Virus record (IMG/VR): IMGVR_UViG_3300009159_008968
Location: 1 to 64,000 of that record
DNA: 64,000 nt
Strand: one strand, 5' to 3'
Origin: a virus
This document shows, piece after piece, positions 1 through 9,831 of the stretch (positions are counted from its first letter, which is position 1; every line of letters begins with the position of its first letter). A program made the position numbers and the translations under genes. The notes beneath the pieces were generated by a model. It had not been told where the DNA came from. It searched no databases and saw only the letters and a program-made list of their open reading frames with translations.

Positions 1-744
1 AACCATTACATAGTCAGCACCTATAGCTAAAGCCTTAATTATATCTGAATATTTTTTCATTCCACCATCTGCTACAATCTTTGCTTCACATTCATGAGAA
101 ATTTTTAATTGATAACATTCTTGTATTAATGAACCCATTGGATATCCAATGGCCGTCTGTTGCGTTGTTAAACAGCCCCCTCCATTGCCCACGCCTAATC
201 TCACAAAACTGCAACCAGCTCTAGACAATTCAACATAAGAATATGGATTAGCGACATTTCCGGCCATTATAATAAGTTTGTCTCCGTATCTATCTTTTGC
301 AATAGATATTGATTTTTTTAAAGTATCAATATGTCCATTTGCAGTATCAATACAAACATTTATTTCTTCGTCATTTTTAAAATGATAATCATTATCAATA
401 AATTTTATAATAAAATCATTTAAAGAATAAGAAACAAAACACATTTTTCCATTAATGTTATATCTATCTGTTTCAATTCCTCTAGGATAGCAAATATTTA
501 TGTTATTAGAAATAAAAAAATCCCTATTTTCTTTTGATACTACTGTGTCCATAGGAGCAGTAATTAATGGCAAATGCTCATAATTTGAATGGCGGTATTC
601 ATGATGATAGGTTATTGAAATTATTGATCTAGAACTAATTTCTGTAGTAATAGCAGGTTCTATTAGAATGTCATCAAAATCAAATTTTGGTTCTGTTGAA
701 TTCTGAATTTTCTTAGTAGAAAATAATTCTTGAGATTTGAGCAT
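1..744 (-). CDS. IMP dehydrogenase / GMP reductase family protein (C-terminus runs off the window start; not in the ORF track)
   Basis: ATG at 744-742 and frame open to base 1. Manual translation gives KFDFDDILIEP, PLITAPMDTV, GVGNGGGCLT (catalytic Cys loop) and KALAIGADYVM. Confidence 0.85.
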   Translation of the reverse strand, partial: MLKSQELFSTKKIQNSTEPKFDFDDILIEPAITTEISSRSIISITYHHEYRHSNYEHLPLITAPMDTVVSKENRDFFISNNINICYPRGIETDRYNINGKMCFVSYSLNDFIIKFIDNDYHFKNDEEINVCIDTANGHIDTLKKSISIAKDRYGDKLIIMAGNVANPYSYVELSRAGCSFVRLGVGNGGGCLTTQQTAIGYPMGSLIQECYQLKISHECEAKIVADGGMKKYSDIIKALAIGADYVMV

Positions 745-761
745 GTTGTTTAGATTATTCG

Positions 762-769
762 CAAATATA
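762..769 (-). promoter_or_regulatory. Bacteroidota-type -7 promoter element TATATTTG
   Basis: TAnnTTTG consensus 18 nt upstream of the IMPDH/GMPR start codon. Confidence 0.55.
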
Positions 770-809
770 AATTATTAACCGATAGCACATGATTGATTAC
801 ATGTTTTTT

Positions 810-1256
810 TTAGTAGGTATTATCAGCCTCAGCTGACTCATTAATCATTTTAGAATTATACAGTTTACGATAAACTGAATCAAATCTCTTATCCAGAGTT
901 CTTTCCATTTCATCATTATTTCTGTCAATTCTCTGATGAATTTCATCATCTTTTCTTGATAGCCATTCTACCTGTCTACCAAGAACATCATGTTGTTCAT
1001 CAAATTTCCTCCAAATAATTTGGAGTTGCATCTCAATGTCATTTTTGACATTCTTTAAATTATCACCATGATTTAGACTTCGTGATTCAAATTCAGAATA
1101 AATATTTTTGAATTCGTCCTTAAAATCTTTACACAAAATCTCTAGTTCAGAGACCCTATGATTTAACTTTGCAATTGCCCAAACGAGAACGCCTAGACCG
1201 ATTGCAGAAGCAGTAACTGCGACTGTAATCAAAATTGTAGCTAATGTTGTTTCCAT
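810..1256 (-). CDS. Membrane-anchored coiled-coil hypothetical protein
   Basis: N-terminal hydrophobic helix followed by a charged heptad-like region. Confidence 0.6.
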   Translation of the reverse strand: METTLATILITVAVTASAIGLGVLVWAIAKLNHRVSELEILCKDFKDEFKNIYSEFESRSLNHGDNLKNVKNDIEMQLQIIWRKFDEQHDVLGRQVEWLSRKDDEIHQRIDRNNDEMERTLDKRFDSVYRKLYNSKMINESAEADNTY

Positions 1257-1382
1257 ATAATTATATTTTTTTTAATTTGTTAAGATTTTATATGTAACCA
1301 ACCATGATGCTTCCGGTTATTATAATATTAAAAAATAATTTTTATAAAACAAAAAAAAATCCGACATTTCTGCCGGACTATA

Positions 1383-2015
1383 TTAAATATTTGTTTCTGA
1401 TAATTTTTTAACTTTTCTCTTTTTCTTTTTAGTTAAATTTATCAACTCTCCTTTTTTAAAAAATTCTTTTTTATCTGTAAACCCATCTAATTTAACTACA
1501 ATAGGATAATCAATTCTACCTTCCATAATTTCTATAACTTCTCCTTCAATTTCATCATCCCATCCAAAATTAGAAGCAAGAATTGCATCTATTTTAACGT
1601 GATCACCCACCTCAATTATATCTCTACTATTTTCAAATCTAAGCTTTACATGTTTTGAAATAGGTATAGATTTTCCTGTTGTTGGATCTATTCTAATAAA
1701 TGTAACATTAGTACAACAAACTATATTTTCTTCATGGGTATAAGGAGAAAAATTACGTGCTTCTATTTTTATGGTAATCGATTTGTTACCTATAGAAATA
1801 ATTTCACCGTATAGTTTTATTATTTCTCCTACTTTCACTGGTGACTTAAAAACAACTTGTTCCATAGTTCCTGTTACAACGTGAGGGGTATAACATTTTT
1901 CTGTTGCATATGATGCTGCAGCTTGATCAATCCAAGAAAGTATTTCTCCTCCAAAAAGATTACCATTAATACCAATGTTTTTTGTCATACAAATATGACT
2001 ACTTATAAGTTCCAT
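1383..2015 (-). CDS. Acyl-CoA thioesterase (hotdog fold) with C-terminal extension
   Basis: NGNLFGGEILSWIDQAA and FKSPVKVGE match the YciA-type thioesterase pattern. Confidence 0.8.
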   Translation of the reverse strand: MELISSHICMTKNIGINGNLFGGEILSWIDQAAASYATEKCYTPHVVTGTMEQVVFKSPVKVGEIIKLYGEIISIGNKSITIKIEARNFSPYTHEENIVCCTNVTFIRIDPTTGKSIPISKHVKLRFENSRDIIEVGDHVKIDAILASNFGWDDEIEGEVIEIMEGRIDYPIVVKLDGFTDKKEFFKKGELINLTKKKKRKVKKLSETNI

Positions 2016-2689
2016 TAATTTATTTTTAATTTTAGTAATTTAAGTAGTTCTTCATCTAATCTTTTATCTTGATCTGGATTAATAGCATACAACGCAAATT
2101 CTGCTATCATATTCATATATTTTGACTTTGGCACTTCATTACATTTACCACGAGTTTGTATCTCTCTTCCAGTTTTATTACAAATTTCTATAGTAACGTG
2201 CGGAATATTATTTTTATCTCTAAGGGATAAAATTAAAATTTCTTTTCGTTTTAATCTGTTTATATATGAAAAACCGCCAACACAATTACCCATCAATTCA
2301 CCCTCAAGAGGCAAATCATCTGGTTTTAATTTCAGAAAAAAATGTTCACTATCAGAACAATTATACACTATTCTAGACTCAACTAAATTTTGTTTTGATA
2401 CGTTTTTAAAATTTTGTTTGAGAGATATATGCCATTCTTCTGATTTGGTCAATGCTTCTTCAAAACCAAATCTTAAAATATCTGGTTTTTCAATTTGAGC
2501 CCAATCAACTATATATCTTACTTTTTCTATGTTTAATATGTTGGGATTTTTTTTTGATTCTTTAGCTAACCAAACATTGTATTTTGAACTTCCGATACCT
2601 TGTGAAATATCAAGTATTTGATATAATAAATCTTCAGATATCTTAAATTTATCAATTAAAAATTTGCTCTTTTTATCAATCGTAGACAT
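2015..2689 (-). CDS. PcfJ-like domain protein
   Basis: LPLEGELMGNCVGG..ILSLRD..PHVTIEI..QTRGKCN is the PcfJ-like C-terminal pattern. Confidence 0.65.
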   Translation of the reverse strand: MSTIDKKSKFLIDKFKISEDLLYQILDISQGIGSSKYNVWLAKESKKNPNILNIEKVRYIVDWAQIEKPDILRFGFEEALTKSEEWHISLKQNFKNVSKQNLVESRIVYNCSDSEHFFLKLKPDDLPLEGELMGNCVGGFSYINRLKRKEILILSLRDKNNIPHVTIEICNKTGREIQTRGKCNEVPKSKYMNMIAEFALYAINPDQDKRLDEELLKLLKLKIN

Positions 2690-2951
2690 AAATTGTAATC
2701 TTATAATTTGAATTCCCTATGTCTTCTTTTATATAGGAACCATGGTGAAATTTATCTTCACCAAATTGGATTTTATTTTTTCTATAAGTAATCTTAAACT
2801 CAAAATGGTTAGCATATTCTTGAGATTCTACCATTTTAAAATCTATTATTGTATAACACTTTAATGCAACTCTTAATTTATGTTGAAGTTGTGTCAAAGT
2901 ACGTCTGTCAAACAATTCTTGTTCAACTACATATTCATAAGGTTTAATCAT
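2676..2951 (-). CDS. Hypothetical protein
   Basis: ORF tightly packed in the minus-strand operon. Confidence 0.55.
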   Translation of the reverse strand: MIKPYEYVVEQELFDRRTLTQLQHKLRVALKCYTIIDFKMVESQEYANHFEFKITYRKNKIQFGEDKFHHGSYIKEDIGNSNYKITIYVYD

Positions 2952-2955
2952 ATAA

Positions 2956-3594
2956 TTAATTTGTTAACTTTATCTTTCTTGGTCTTCCTCTCTTTTTGTT
3001 ATCAACACTTTCAATATCAACTTGGATTATCGTTTTTTTTTCTGTCTTTACTGATCCTTTAGGACGGCCACGGCCTTTTTTAGATTCAGATGAATCTTTT
3101 TCTTCAGTTTGTACTTTTACAGTTCCTTTAGGGCGACCACGACCTTTTTTAGGTTGTGATGAATCTTCTGTTTCAGTTTTAATTTTTGCAGTACCTTTGG
3201 GGCGACCACGACCTTTTTTTTCAGCTGGCATATCTTCATCTAAATCTTCATCATAAGAGTCCATACCTTTTGGAATTTCAAGAACTTCAAATTCATTAAG
3301 TGCTTCTTCCAAATCATCTTCATCATCTTCTAAGGCAATTTTAGCAGGTTTAGAAATTTTAAAAGTACCAGATTCAAAAAATGATTTATAATAATTTACA
3401 AAATCCGGTTTATCATTTTCTCGATTAACATTGATTATTCTTTTCTTTTCATAAATAAGTATTTGCTTATTTATTTCACTACCATTTTCAGTGTATAAAA
3501 CCTGATTAGGTTTCATGTTGACAATAATTTTTTCACCATTCAATTTGTTTATCGAAAGATTTAAATCTTGCTGAGAAGTGTTTTTGATTTTCAT
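2956..3594 (-). CDS. AT-hook repeat DNA-binding protein
   Basis: Three KKGRGRPKG motifs plus a terminal KKRGRPRK, preceded by an acidic tract. Confidence 0.75.
   Translation of the reverse strand: MKIKNTSQQDLNLSINKLNGEKIIVNMKPNQVLYTENGSEINKQILIYEKKRIINVNRENDKPDFVNYYKSFFESGTFKISKPAKIALEDDEDDLEEALNEFEVLEIPKGMDSYDEDLDEDMPAEKKGRGRPKGTAKIKTETEDSSQPKKGRGRPKGTVKVQTEEKDSSESKKGRGRPKGSVKTEKKTIIQVDIESVDNKKRGRPRKIKLTN
3058..3220. repeat. Three 69-bp-period repeats encoding AT-hooks
   Basis: TTTAGGACGGCCACGGCCTTTTTT-like units start at 3058, 3127 and 3196. Confidence 0.8.
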
Positions 3595-3723
3595 AGTGTT
3601 TTAATTTATTGATTTTTAATTTTTTAATTATTACAAATATATCTAGGTAAAATCGAAATACAAATAAAGAATTAAAAAAAATTATTAACCGAATTAATTA
3701 TTTATAACTTATTGATAATCAAT

Positions 3724-3754
3724 AAAAAAGCCGAATTATTGTTAATTCGGCTTT
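3724..3754. terminator. Intrinsic terminator hairpin
   Basis: AAAAAAGCCGAATT-ATTGTT-AATTCGGCTTT. Confidence 0.75.
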
Positions 3755-3775
3755 CATAAAAATAGGATTATAAAA

Positions 3776-5293
3776 TTATAAACTATTAGGATTTAGAACA
3801 AATGTCATAGTATTTAAATCTAAAATGTATTTTTTGCTCTCATTTAAAAAATCTTTCTTATAAAATTTATATTGTGTTCCGAAAGAAGAACTTGGCTTCT
3901 CAACAAATACCATTTCTTCAGCTAATTGATTATCGTCATCTGATTGAATCATATCTTTTTCAAAATATTCTACTTCATCAGAAGGTTCAAAACCACCTTT
4001 TCCAAGAGGAGGAACTAAAGGCAAATCATCATAATTTTCAGGATCAATAACTTTTTCTGCTTCTTTTATAGATTCATATAATTTAAAGTTAGAAAGTTTT
4101 GACCATCTTTCTTTTTTATATTCATCAGTTGTTTTCTCTGTAATAAGATATTTTTTGTTGATTCCTTTCTCTTTATTTTCAGATTCTGTAAATATTTTTT
4201 TCTTAGTTAAATCAGGTTTTTTTGATTCATTGTTTATACCAAATTGACCTTCTCCATAACCCCATTTAGCCAATTGTTCAGGAGTAGCATTATGTAATCC
4301 TTGAATAAAGTTTTGTTTCATTCCTTTAGGAATATAACCAGATCCCGGTTCTAATTCAACCGTAGTATAGAAAGATTCGTTCTTTTGAGGAACTACATTG
4401 TAATCTTTATCAACCTTAGGTCTTTTATTCTTTTTAGATGCAAAATAAGGAGTGTCATATCTAAAAGGTCCGGCACTGCTACCAGCAGGTCCACCAGCAG
4501 TTGCTGTTAACTCTTCCACGGTTCCCTGTTCATCCTTGTTTGATTTTTCGTCATCTAAGAACATTTTTCTTTTGCTTTTACCATTTTTTAAATCAACAGT
4601 ATTTGCTTTTTTAATTTTATCTATATTTGGTTCAATTTTATCTTTTCCTTCAGAAATAATTTCTTCTTCATCAGAAAACAATTCTTTGATTGTTAATTTT
4701 TTCATTGTATTAATTTTTTTATTTTCTTCAACGGTAGAAGCTGTACCGGTTTCAGTTTTATCTTGTACTCCTAATCTAGTATTAATTAAGTATTCAATTT
4801 CTTTTTGTGCAATTTCAAAAAATATTTTTTGTAATGTCTTTTTTATTTCAGGCAAACTCTTTGTTTTTAATATAAACTTTTTATGAAATGTATAAGACTG
4901 TCCATTTTTTTCTTTGATACCTCTAAAAACACCAGCTTCTGTTGTTTTATATTGTACCATTAAAGTATCTGCTTCATAAACTGAATTTATATCAGAAGAC
5001 AATCTTTTACTACCATATACAACATATTTTGTAAAAGTAGTCACAGTTTTATTTTGAACCGTTATTGTATACTTACCCTCATTAGCACCAAAACCATAAG
5101 CTCTACCTGAGCCATAAACTCCAGCAGGTTTATCATTTTTTTCAATACCTTTTTCCTCAAAAGCTTTTTCAGTTTGAGCCAATAATTCTTCTCTTATAAT
5201 ATCTACAACACTATGTTCAATATCAAGTTTCTCTTGATATTCTTCACTTCTTTTAACTTCAGCATTCGTAGACAATGATTTATCTTTTGCCAT
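3776..5293 (-). CDS. Hypothetical protein, putative virion/head protein
   Basis: 505-aa ORF with IIREE/LFSDEE-type motifs, preceded by CTATTTAT. Confidence 0.55.
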   Translation of the reverse strand: MAKDKSLSTNAEVKRSEEYQEKLDIEHSVVDIIREELLAQTEKAFEEKGIEKNDKPAGVYGSGRAYGFGANEGKYTITVQNKTVTTFTKYVVYGSKRLSSDINSVYEADTLMVQYKTTEAGVFRGIKEKNGQSYTFHKKFILKTKSLPEIKKTLQKIFFEIAQKEIEYLINTRLGVQDKTETGTASTVEENKKINTMKKLTIKELFSDEEEIISEGKDKIEPNIDKIKKANTVDLKNGKSKRKMFLDDEKSNKDEQGTVEELTATAGGPAGSSAGPFRYDTPYFASKKNKRPKVDKDYNVVPQKNESFYTTVELEPGSGYIPKGMKQNFIQGLHNATPEQLAKWGYGEGQFGINNESKKPDLTKKKIFTESENKEKGINKKYLITEKTTDEYKKERWSKLSNFKLYESIKEAEKVIDPENYDDLPLVPPLGKGGFEPSDEVEYFEKDMIQSDDDNQLAEEMVFVEKPSSSFGTQYKFYKKDFLNESKKYILDLNTMTFVLNPNSL

Positions 5294-5330
5294 TACTTAA
5301 TATAATTTTAAATAAATAGCTTATAAAAAT

Positions 5331-5354
5331 AAAAAAACCCAGAGATCTGGGTTT
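5331..5354 (-). terminator. Intrinsic terminator
   Basis: Minus strand AAACCCAG-ATCT-CTGGGTTTTTTT just after the stop at 5358. Confidence 0.75.
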
Positions 5355-5357
5355 AAA

Positions 5358-5636
5358 TTATTTAATTAGTCCTTTATTTTTCCAATGAGTCCAGAGGTCT
5401 CTGTTTTCTATTGGAAATCCGGGATTATCAAGATATATTTTTTCTTTATATTGGAAACCTTTAAATTTTTTAATTTTTCTTATTTCACCTGTAAAAAAAC
5501 CATTTTGGTCTTTTACACGATACTCTACTTCCTCAAAAACCTTTTTAGAGTTTAACCAAAATTTATAGTTCCAAATAGCATTTTTAAGATAAAATCTTAA
5601 ATTAGAAAAATACCATTTTTTTTGCATTAAATTCAT
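5358..5636 (-). CDS. Hypothetical protein
   Basis: ORF in operon. Confidence 0.5.
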   Translation of the reverse strand: MNLMQKKWYFSNLRFYLKNAIWNYKFWLNSKKVFEEVEYRVKDQNGFFTGEIRKIKKFKGFQYKEKIYLDNPGFPIENRDLWTHWKNKGLIK

Positions 5637-5641
5637 TTAGA

Positions 5642-5848
5642 TTAATTAAATGTATAATATAAAGTAGAAAGCAATAGAAATAATACAAAAATAATACCTC
5701 CGATTGCTACAAAACCTAAGATAAATTTATTCATTAGACTTTCAGAGTTATACTCTTCTGATTTTATTAATTGTTTATATTGATAATACAAAAAAATTAA
5801 AAATGTAATATCCACTAAACTATAAATTGTTAATATTATACTAAGCAT
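5642..5848 (-). CDS. Small two-helix membrane protein
   Basis: Two hydrophobic segments. Confidence 0.5.
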   Translation of the reverse strand: MLSIILTIYSLVDITFLIFLYYQYKQLIKSEEYNSESLMNKFILGFVAIGGIIFVLFLLLSTLYYTFN

Positions 5849-6128
5849 TTTCGTCTATATTTTTATTTTGATCTTTTTTAAGTTGTTCTTCAAGTAATTC
5901 GGCCAAGCTGTTAACAGAATTTAAATCCATATTATTCTTATTATCACTAATGATAGCCTCAATATTATTAATACAAGAAACTGTCAAAGACATTTCTTTT
6001 ATTAACTCAATTGCTTTTTGTGTATCACCCTGCTGATTACTTCTATTAATAACAATATCAAGCTCAGAAAGAAGAAAATCCCTCTGAGCAAGATAATGTG
6101 AATGGGCTGCTTTTAAAATTTTATTCAT
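5841..6128 (-). CDS. Hypothetical protein
   Basis: ORF overlapping its neighbours in the operon. Confidence 0.55.
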   Translation of the reverse strand: MNKILKAAHSHYLAQRDFLLSELDIVINRSNQQGDTQKAIELIKEMSLTVSCINNIEAIISDNKNNMDLNSVNSLAELLEEQLKKDQNKNIDENA

Positions 6129-6682
6129 TAAATTTGATCTTCTACTGGTTTTTTTGCTTTTTTAGCATTTTTTTCTTTTTCTTTTCTTTCTTCCATTGCA
6201 GAAGCGCAGGAAAGATCAATAACTTCAGAAATTCTCATAACTTTTTCTGCTCCATAAAAATACATGTTAGACACATATTCTTTAGAATCAGGTGCTTTCT
6301 TTTTTAATTTTTCAATCTCTTCACCATCTCCCATATCAACACCGCATAACGCTTTATCTAGTTGAATTATTTTTTGTTCTGGTTCTAATTTAGCCCATAC
6401 ATCATAAAAAATAGTTAAAATAAAATCAAAATCATCATTAACCATTTTTTCAATTTCAGATCTTTTAATTAAATCAAATAGAGAATATCTGCCTCCATCC
6501 TTCTTTGGTTTTGGAGAATAAAGAAATTTAATTCTTTCCGGTAAAACATATTCATTATGTTGATTGTGCTTTACAATGTATTGAGCAATTGCAAGCATTT
6601 CATCGTCTGCATCCATATAAGTTTGCAAATCTTGGATTACTGGTGTAGAGTTTTTTAGGGAATTTAAAAATTGCTGATCCAT
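6128..6682 (-). CDS. Phage metallopeptidase-like protein, apparently lacking HExxH
   Basis: IKFLY..DFILTIFYDVWAKLEPEQK resembles the putative phage metallopeptidase family, but the zinc-motif position reads LDKALC. Confidence 0.45.
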   Translation of the reverse strand: MDQQFLNSLKNSTPVIQDLQTYMDADDEMLAIAQYIVKHNQHNEYVLPERIKFLYSPKPKKDGGRYSLFDLIKRSEIEKMVNDDFDFILTIFYDVWAKLEPEQKIIQLDKALCGVDMGDGEEIEKLKKKAPDSKEYVSNMYFYGAEKVMRISEVIDLSCASAMEERKEKEKNAKKAKKPVEDQI

Positions 6683-6761
6683 GTTTATAATTATTTCTAC
6701 AAATGTAATAATTATAAATTATAAAAAAAAATATTCTTTAAAATTTATGTTAAAAAGTTAT

Positions 6762-7292
6762 TTAACAGTCATTAACATCACTTGACTCTCTTAAGCTATT
6801 TTTTATATATGAGAGAGCAGTTCTAGTTCTGGTGTTAGTAGGATCCATCATGTTTTTATGGCCTTTTGGCCTTAAATCCTTACTGCTTTGATTTCTTGAT
6901 TTATGGCTTTCTAGATTATTTTTTACCCAAGTATATCCTGCATCTCCACCCCACAAATTCCACTTTTGAATTAAACCAGAATTATGAATATTTTTTCCAG
7001 CAATTTTTTCTTGTTTTAAATTTTCAATATTATTATCAAAAAAAGCTTTCATTCTTTTTAATTGACCGTGACTCATAGGTTCACCATTCATTATTGAATA
7101 TGCTTTTTTTAATCCTGTTCCTTCTACCTCACCTTTACCAGTTAGTTTATTTTTTGTAACAGCATCAATTGCATTTTTACATGTTTTTTTCATTTGATCA
7201 TTAGGCAAAAAAGATTTGTTACCGTATTGAAATCGGTAATCTTCTTCTAAGATTTCTCTTATTTTTTTACGTAATAAATCAATTGAATCCAT
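6762..7292 (-). CDS. Conserved phage protein, putative head protein
   Basis: N-terminal LRKKIREILEE, plus LKRMKAFF and WNLWGGDAG motifs that I recognise from phage head-associated proteins. Confidence 0.5.
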   Translation of the reverse strand: MDSIDLLRKKIREILEEDYRFQYGNKSFLPNDQMKKTCKNAIDAVTKNKLTGKGEVEGTGLKKAYSIMNGEPMSHGQLKRMKAFFDNNIENLKQEKIAGKNIHNSGLIQKWNLWGGDAGYTWVKNNLESHKSRNQSSKDLRPKGHKNMMDPTNTRTRTALSYIKNSLRESSDVNDC

Positions 7293-7880
7293 TTAATCTT
7301 TAATCATTTTGAATATCGTTTGTTTTATGTCTAATGGTAATTTAGAATCAAAACCTAAATTATTAAGATTCCAGTTTACTTCATCATAAAAAGACATTTC
7401 TGCTATTGGGGCACCAGAAGTCAAAGTTCTACTAATTGATAACCTTAAGGCTTCATTTGGTTGAAGGTATGTGTAATTTGGATTGTAATTTTTATTAGCA
7501 AGATATAAGTTTGGATTTTCTAAAAAAGTATTAACTGATTTTCCCGGCATATCACCCATAAAATTTGCTACAGTTGTTCCTAATGTAGGATTGTTTAATC
7601 CGGGACCAGAACGTTTTAAACCACCCTGTGGATGAGTTTGAGCTACGTTTGCTTCATCAAGTTTAGCAATCTTTTTAAAACGATTAGTTTCTTTCAACAA
7701 TGCTTCTGAATCAACAGTTTTCTTGTTTTCTTTTAAATAAACTTCTTTTTTTTCATCAAGAGCTTTATTTAAATCAACCATTCTTTGATCCTTTGACGAT
7801 GATTTGTTTTCATTTTCATCACCAGAAAATATATCTTTAATTGTAAATTTTTCCATTTTATTTTTTTTATTTTTTACCAA
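7293..7880 (-). CDS. Hypothetical protein, putative virion protein
   Basis: ORF with an LLKETNRFKKIAKLDE motif. Confidence 0.5.
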   Translation of the reverse strand: MVKNKKNKMEKFTIKDIFSGDENENKSSSKDQRMVDLNKALDEKKEVYLKENKKTVDSEALLKETNRFKKIAKLDEANVAQTHPQGGLKRSGPGLNNPTLGTTVANFMGDMPGKSVNTFLENPNLYLANKNYNPNYTYLQPNEALRLSISRTLTSGAPIAEMSFYDEVNWNLNNLGFDSKLPLDIKQTIFKMIKD

Positions 7881-8380
7881 ACAACCCCACCATATCCAAG
7901 GGGAGAAATCAACCTCTGATATCTTGAAATAAATTGTCTTTGAGCTTGATCGCCTGATTTATGATTACTATAACCGGGACTCGATCTTATATTTACCGGC
8001 TTATCTTCAAAATCGTTAAAAAGATTATTGTATTCATCCACGATTTCATTTAAATCTTCTATATCTTCAAAAGAATCAACTGGTTTAGCCCCATCTAAAA
8101 ATTTATTTACAAATGCAGCATCACTTGCTTCATCATTTGTTTCTGATTTGTAACATGAATCTGGTACAATTAATTTCATTTGATCTCCACCTATCAAATT
8201 TAAGCCAATAACAACAATTCCTTTCTCTTTATCTCTTACGGGATTGTTAATTGAACCTACAATGTCTGGAGCAAGATAGAAAAAGGGTTCTTCCCCTTCT
8301 CTTAAGAGTTTACTCACAATACTTTTAATATTAAGCTTATTTTTCATGAATTGATTTGCTTCTATTTTATAAATAGTCAA
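7874..8380 (-). CDS. Hypothetical protein; true start probably the Met at 8347 (MKNKLNIKSIVSKLLRE)
   Basis: A CTATTTAT motif at 8369-8376 lies between the two candidate starts. Confidence 0.5.
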   Translation of the reverse strand: MTIYKIEANQFMKNKLNIKSIVSKLLREGEEPFFYLAPDIVGSINNPVRDKEKGIVVIGLNLIGGDQMKLIVPDSCYKSETNDEASDAAFVNKFLDGAKPVDSFEDIEDLNEIVDEYNNLFNDFEDKPVNIRSSPGYSNHKSGDQAQRQFISRYQRLISPLGYGGVVW

Positions 8381-8389
8381 AAAAACAAA

Positions 8390-8746
8390 TCAATTGATAG
8401 AATTCCAATTTTTTAGTAAACCTTGATTAATATTATAAGAAATTATTTGATTATCTTGATTTATAGCAAAATTTTTCTTAATTTTTGGTAAAAACATTGA
8501 TGTTGAGTCGCAAGACATAGGTACTGGTTTTACCCAAGATTCTCCGGCTTCAAATCTGTGAACTAATTTACAAGGTTCATAAAATTCAATTAAAATTTTA
8601 ATTTTTTGTTTCTGATCGTATTTTGTTAAAACATTCTTCTTATAGTTAAAATTATAAAAGTTTATTATTTTACCACCAGCTGTTTTTTCTACATACTTGT
8701 ATAAAAAACCTTTTTTATCGTACTTAAAAACGTAATTAATTTTCAT
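8390..8746 (-). CDS. Hypothetical protein
   Basis: ORF only. Confidence 0.45.
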   Translation of the reverse strand: MKINYVFKYDKKGFLYKYVEKTAGGKIINFYNFNYKKNVLTKYDQKQKIKILIEFYEPCKLVHRFEAGESWVKPVPMSCDSTSMFLPKIKKNFAINQDNQIISYNINQGLLKNWNSIN

Positions 8747-8845
8747 TCAATTTTAATTTATACAAATTAAATTAAAACTTATAACAAAATAAACCTTTAT
8801 TATTTAGTATTATTGATTAAATGATATTTTTATAAAAAAATAATT

Positions 8846-9781
8846 ATGAGAGCTATACATTCAGTTGCAGGACTACCAAGAGCAGGAAGTACACTTCTTT
8901 GTCAAATTTTAAATTCAAATCCTAAATTTCATGTAACACCAACTAGTGGTGTTTTAGATATGTTAAAAACTATGAGATCTAATTTTAGTTCTAATATGAC
9001 TTTTAGAGCTCAAAATAGATTAGAAATTTATGAAAATTTTCGTCAAGGATTGAAAGGTTTTTTAGAAGGATATTTTTATGATAGTGAAGTGGTTTTTGAT
9101 AAAAATAGAGCTTGGACAACTAATATGACACTTATAGATAATATTTTAGAAAATAAAAATTCTAAAGTAATATGGTTGTATAGAGACCCTGTTGAAATTG
9201 TTTCTAGTATAGAAGCACAATATCAAAAAACATATCTATTAGAAAATATGGATGAAACTGCTTCTCCGGGAGCATTTATGACTCTAGAGAGAAGAATTAG
9301 TACTTATACTGCACCTGAAGGTTTAATAGGTTTTCCAGTAGAAGGTTTAAAAGATGCCTTAGAAATGGGTTTTGGTGATAGAATTTTATTTATAAAGTAT
9401 TATGATTTAACAAATAACCCAAAAGAAACATTAGCAAGAATTCATGAGTTTGTTGGTGAAGATTATTATGAATATGATTTTAAAAACATAAAACAATCAA
9501 CTTGGGAATTTGATGGGGTGTATAATTATAAATTTCCTCACACCATAAAAGAAGGGGAAATAAAATATAAAAGAGCTGATTTGGAATTAGAACCAAAGTA
9601 TATTGCTGCTATAAACGAAAGATATGCTGCATTAAATAAATTAATTTTTGAAGGTGATCCTTCTGCATTACTTGGAGTTCAGATAGAACAACCTTCACAA
9701 GATAACCAATTCAATCAGCAAAATCAGGATGGTGCAACTGGACTTTTTGAAAAAATGATAATGGATAATGAAAATATTTAA
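8846..9781 (+). CDS. Sulfotransferase family protein
   Basis: GLPRAGSTLL (5'-PAPS-binding loop), FDKNR and LYRDPVEIVSS (3'-phosphate-binding motif). Confidence 0.85.
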   Translation: MRAIHSVAGLPRAGSTLLCQILNSNPKFHVTPTSGVLDMLKTMRSNFSSNMTFRAQNRLEIYENFRQGLKGFLEGYFYDSEVVFDKNRAWTTNMTLIDNILENKNSKVIWLYRDPVEIVSSIEAQYQKTYLLENMDETASPGAFMTLERRISTYTAPEGLIGFPVEGLKDALEMGFGDRILFIKYYDLTNNPKETLARIHEFVGEDYYEYDFKNIKQSTWEFDGVYNYKFPHTIKEGEIKYKRADLELEPKYIAAINERYAALNKLIFEGDPSALLGVQIEQPSQDNQFNQQNQDGATGLFEKMIMDNENI

Positions 9782-9809
9782 GTTTTAATTATAATTATAT
9801 TAAATAAAG

Positions 9810-9831
9810 AAGGGGCTAAAAAGCCCCTTTT
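9810..9831. terminator. Bidirectional terminator between convergent genes
   Basis: AAGGGGCT-AAA-AAGCCCCTTTT. Confidence 0.75.
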
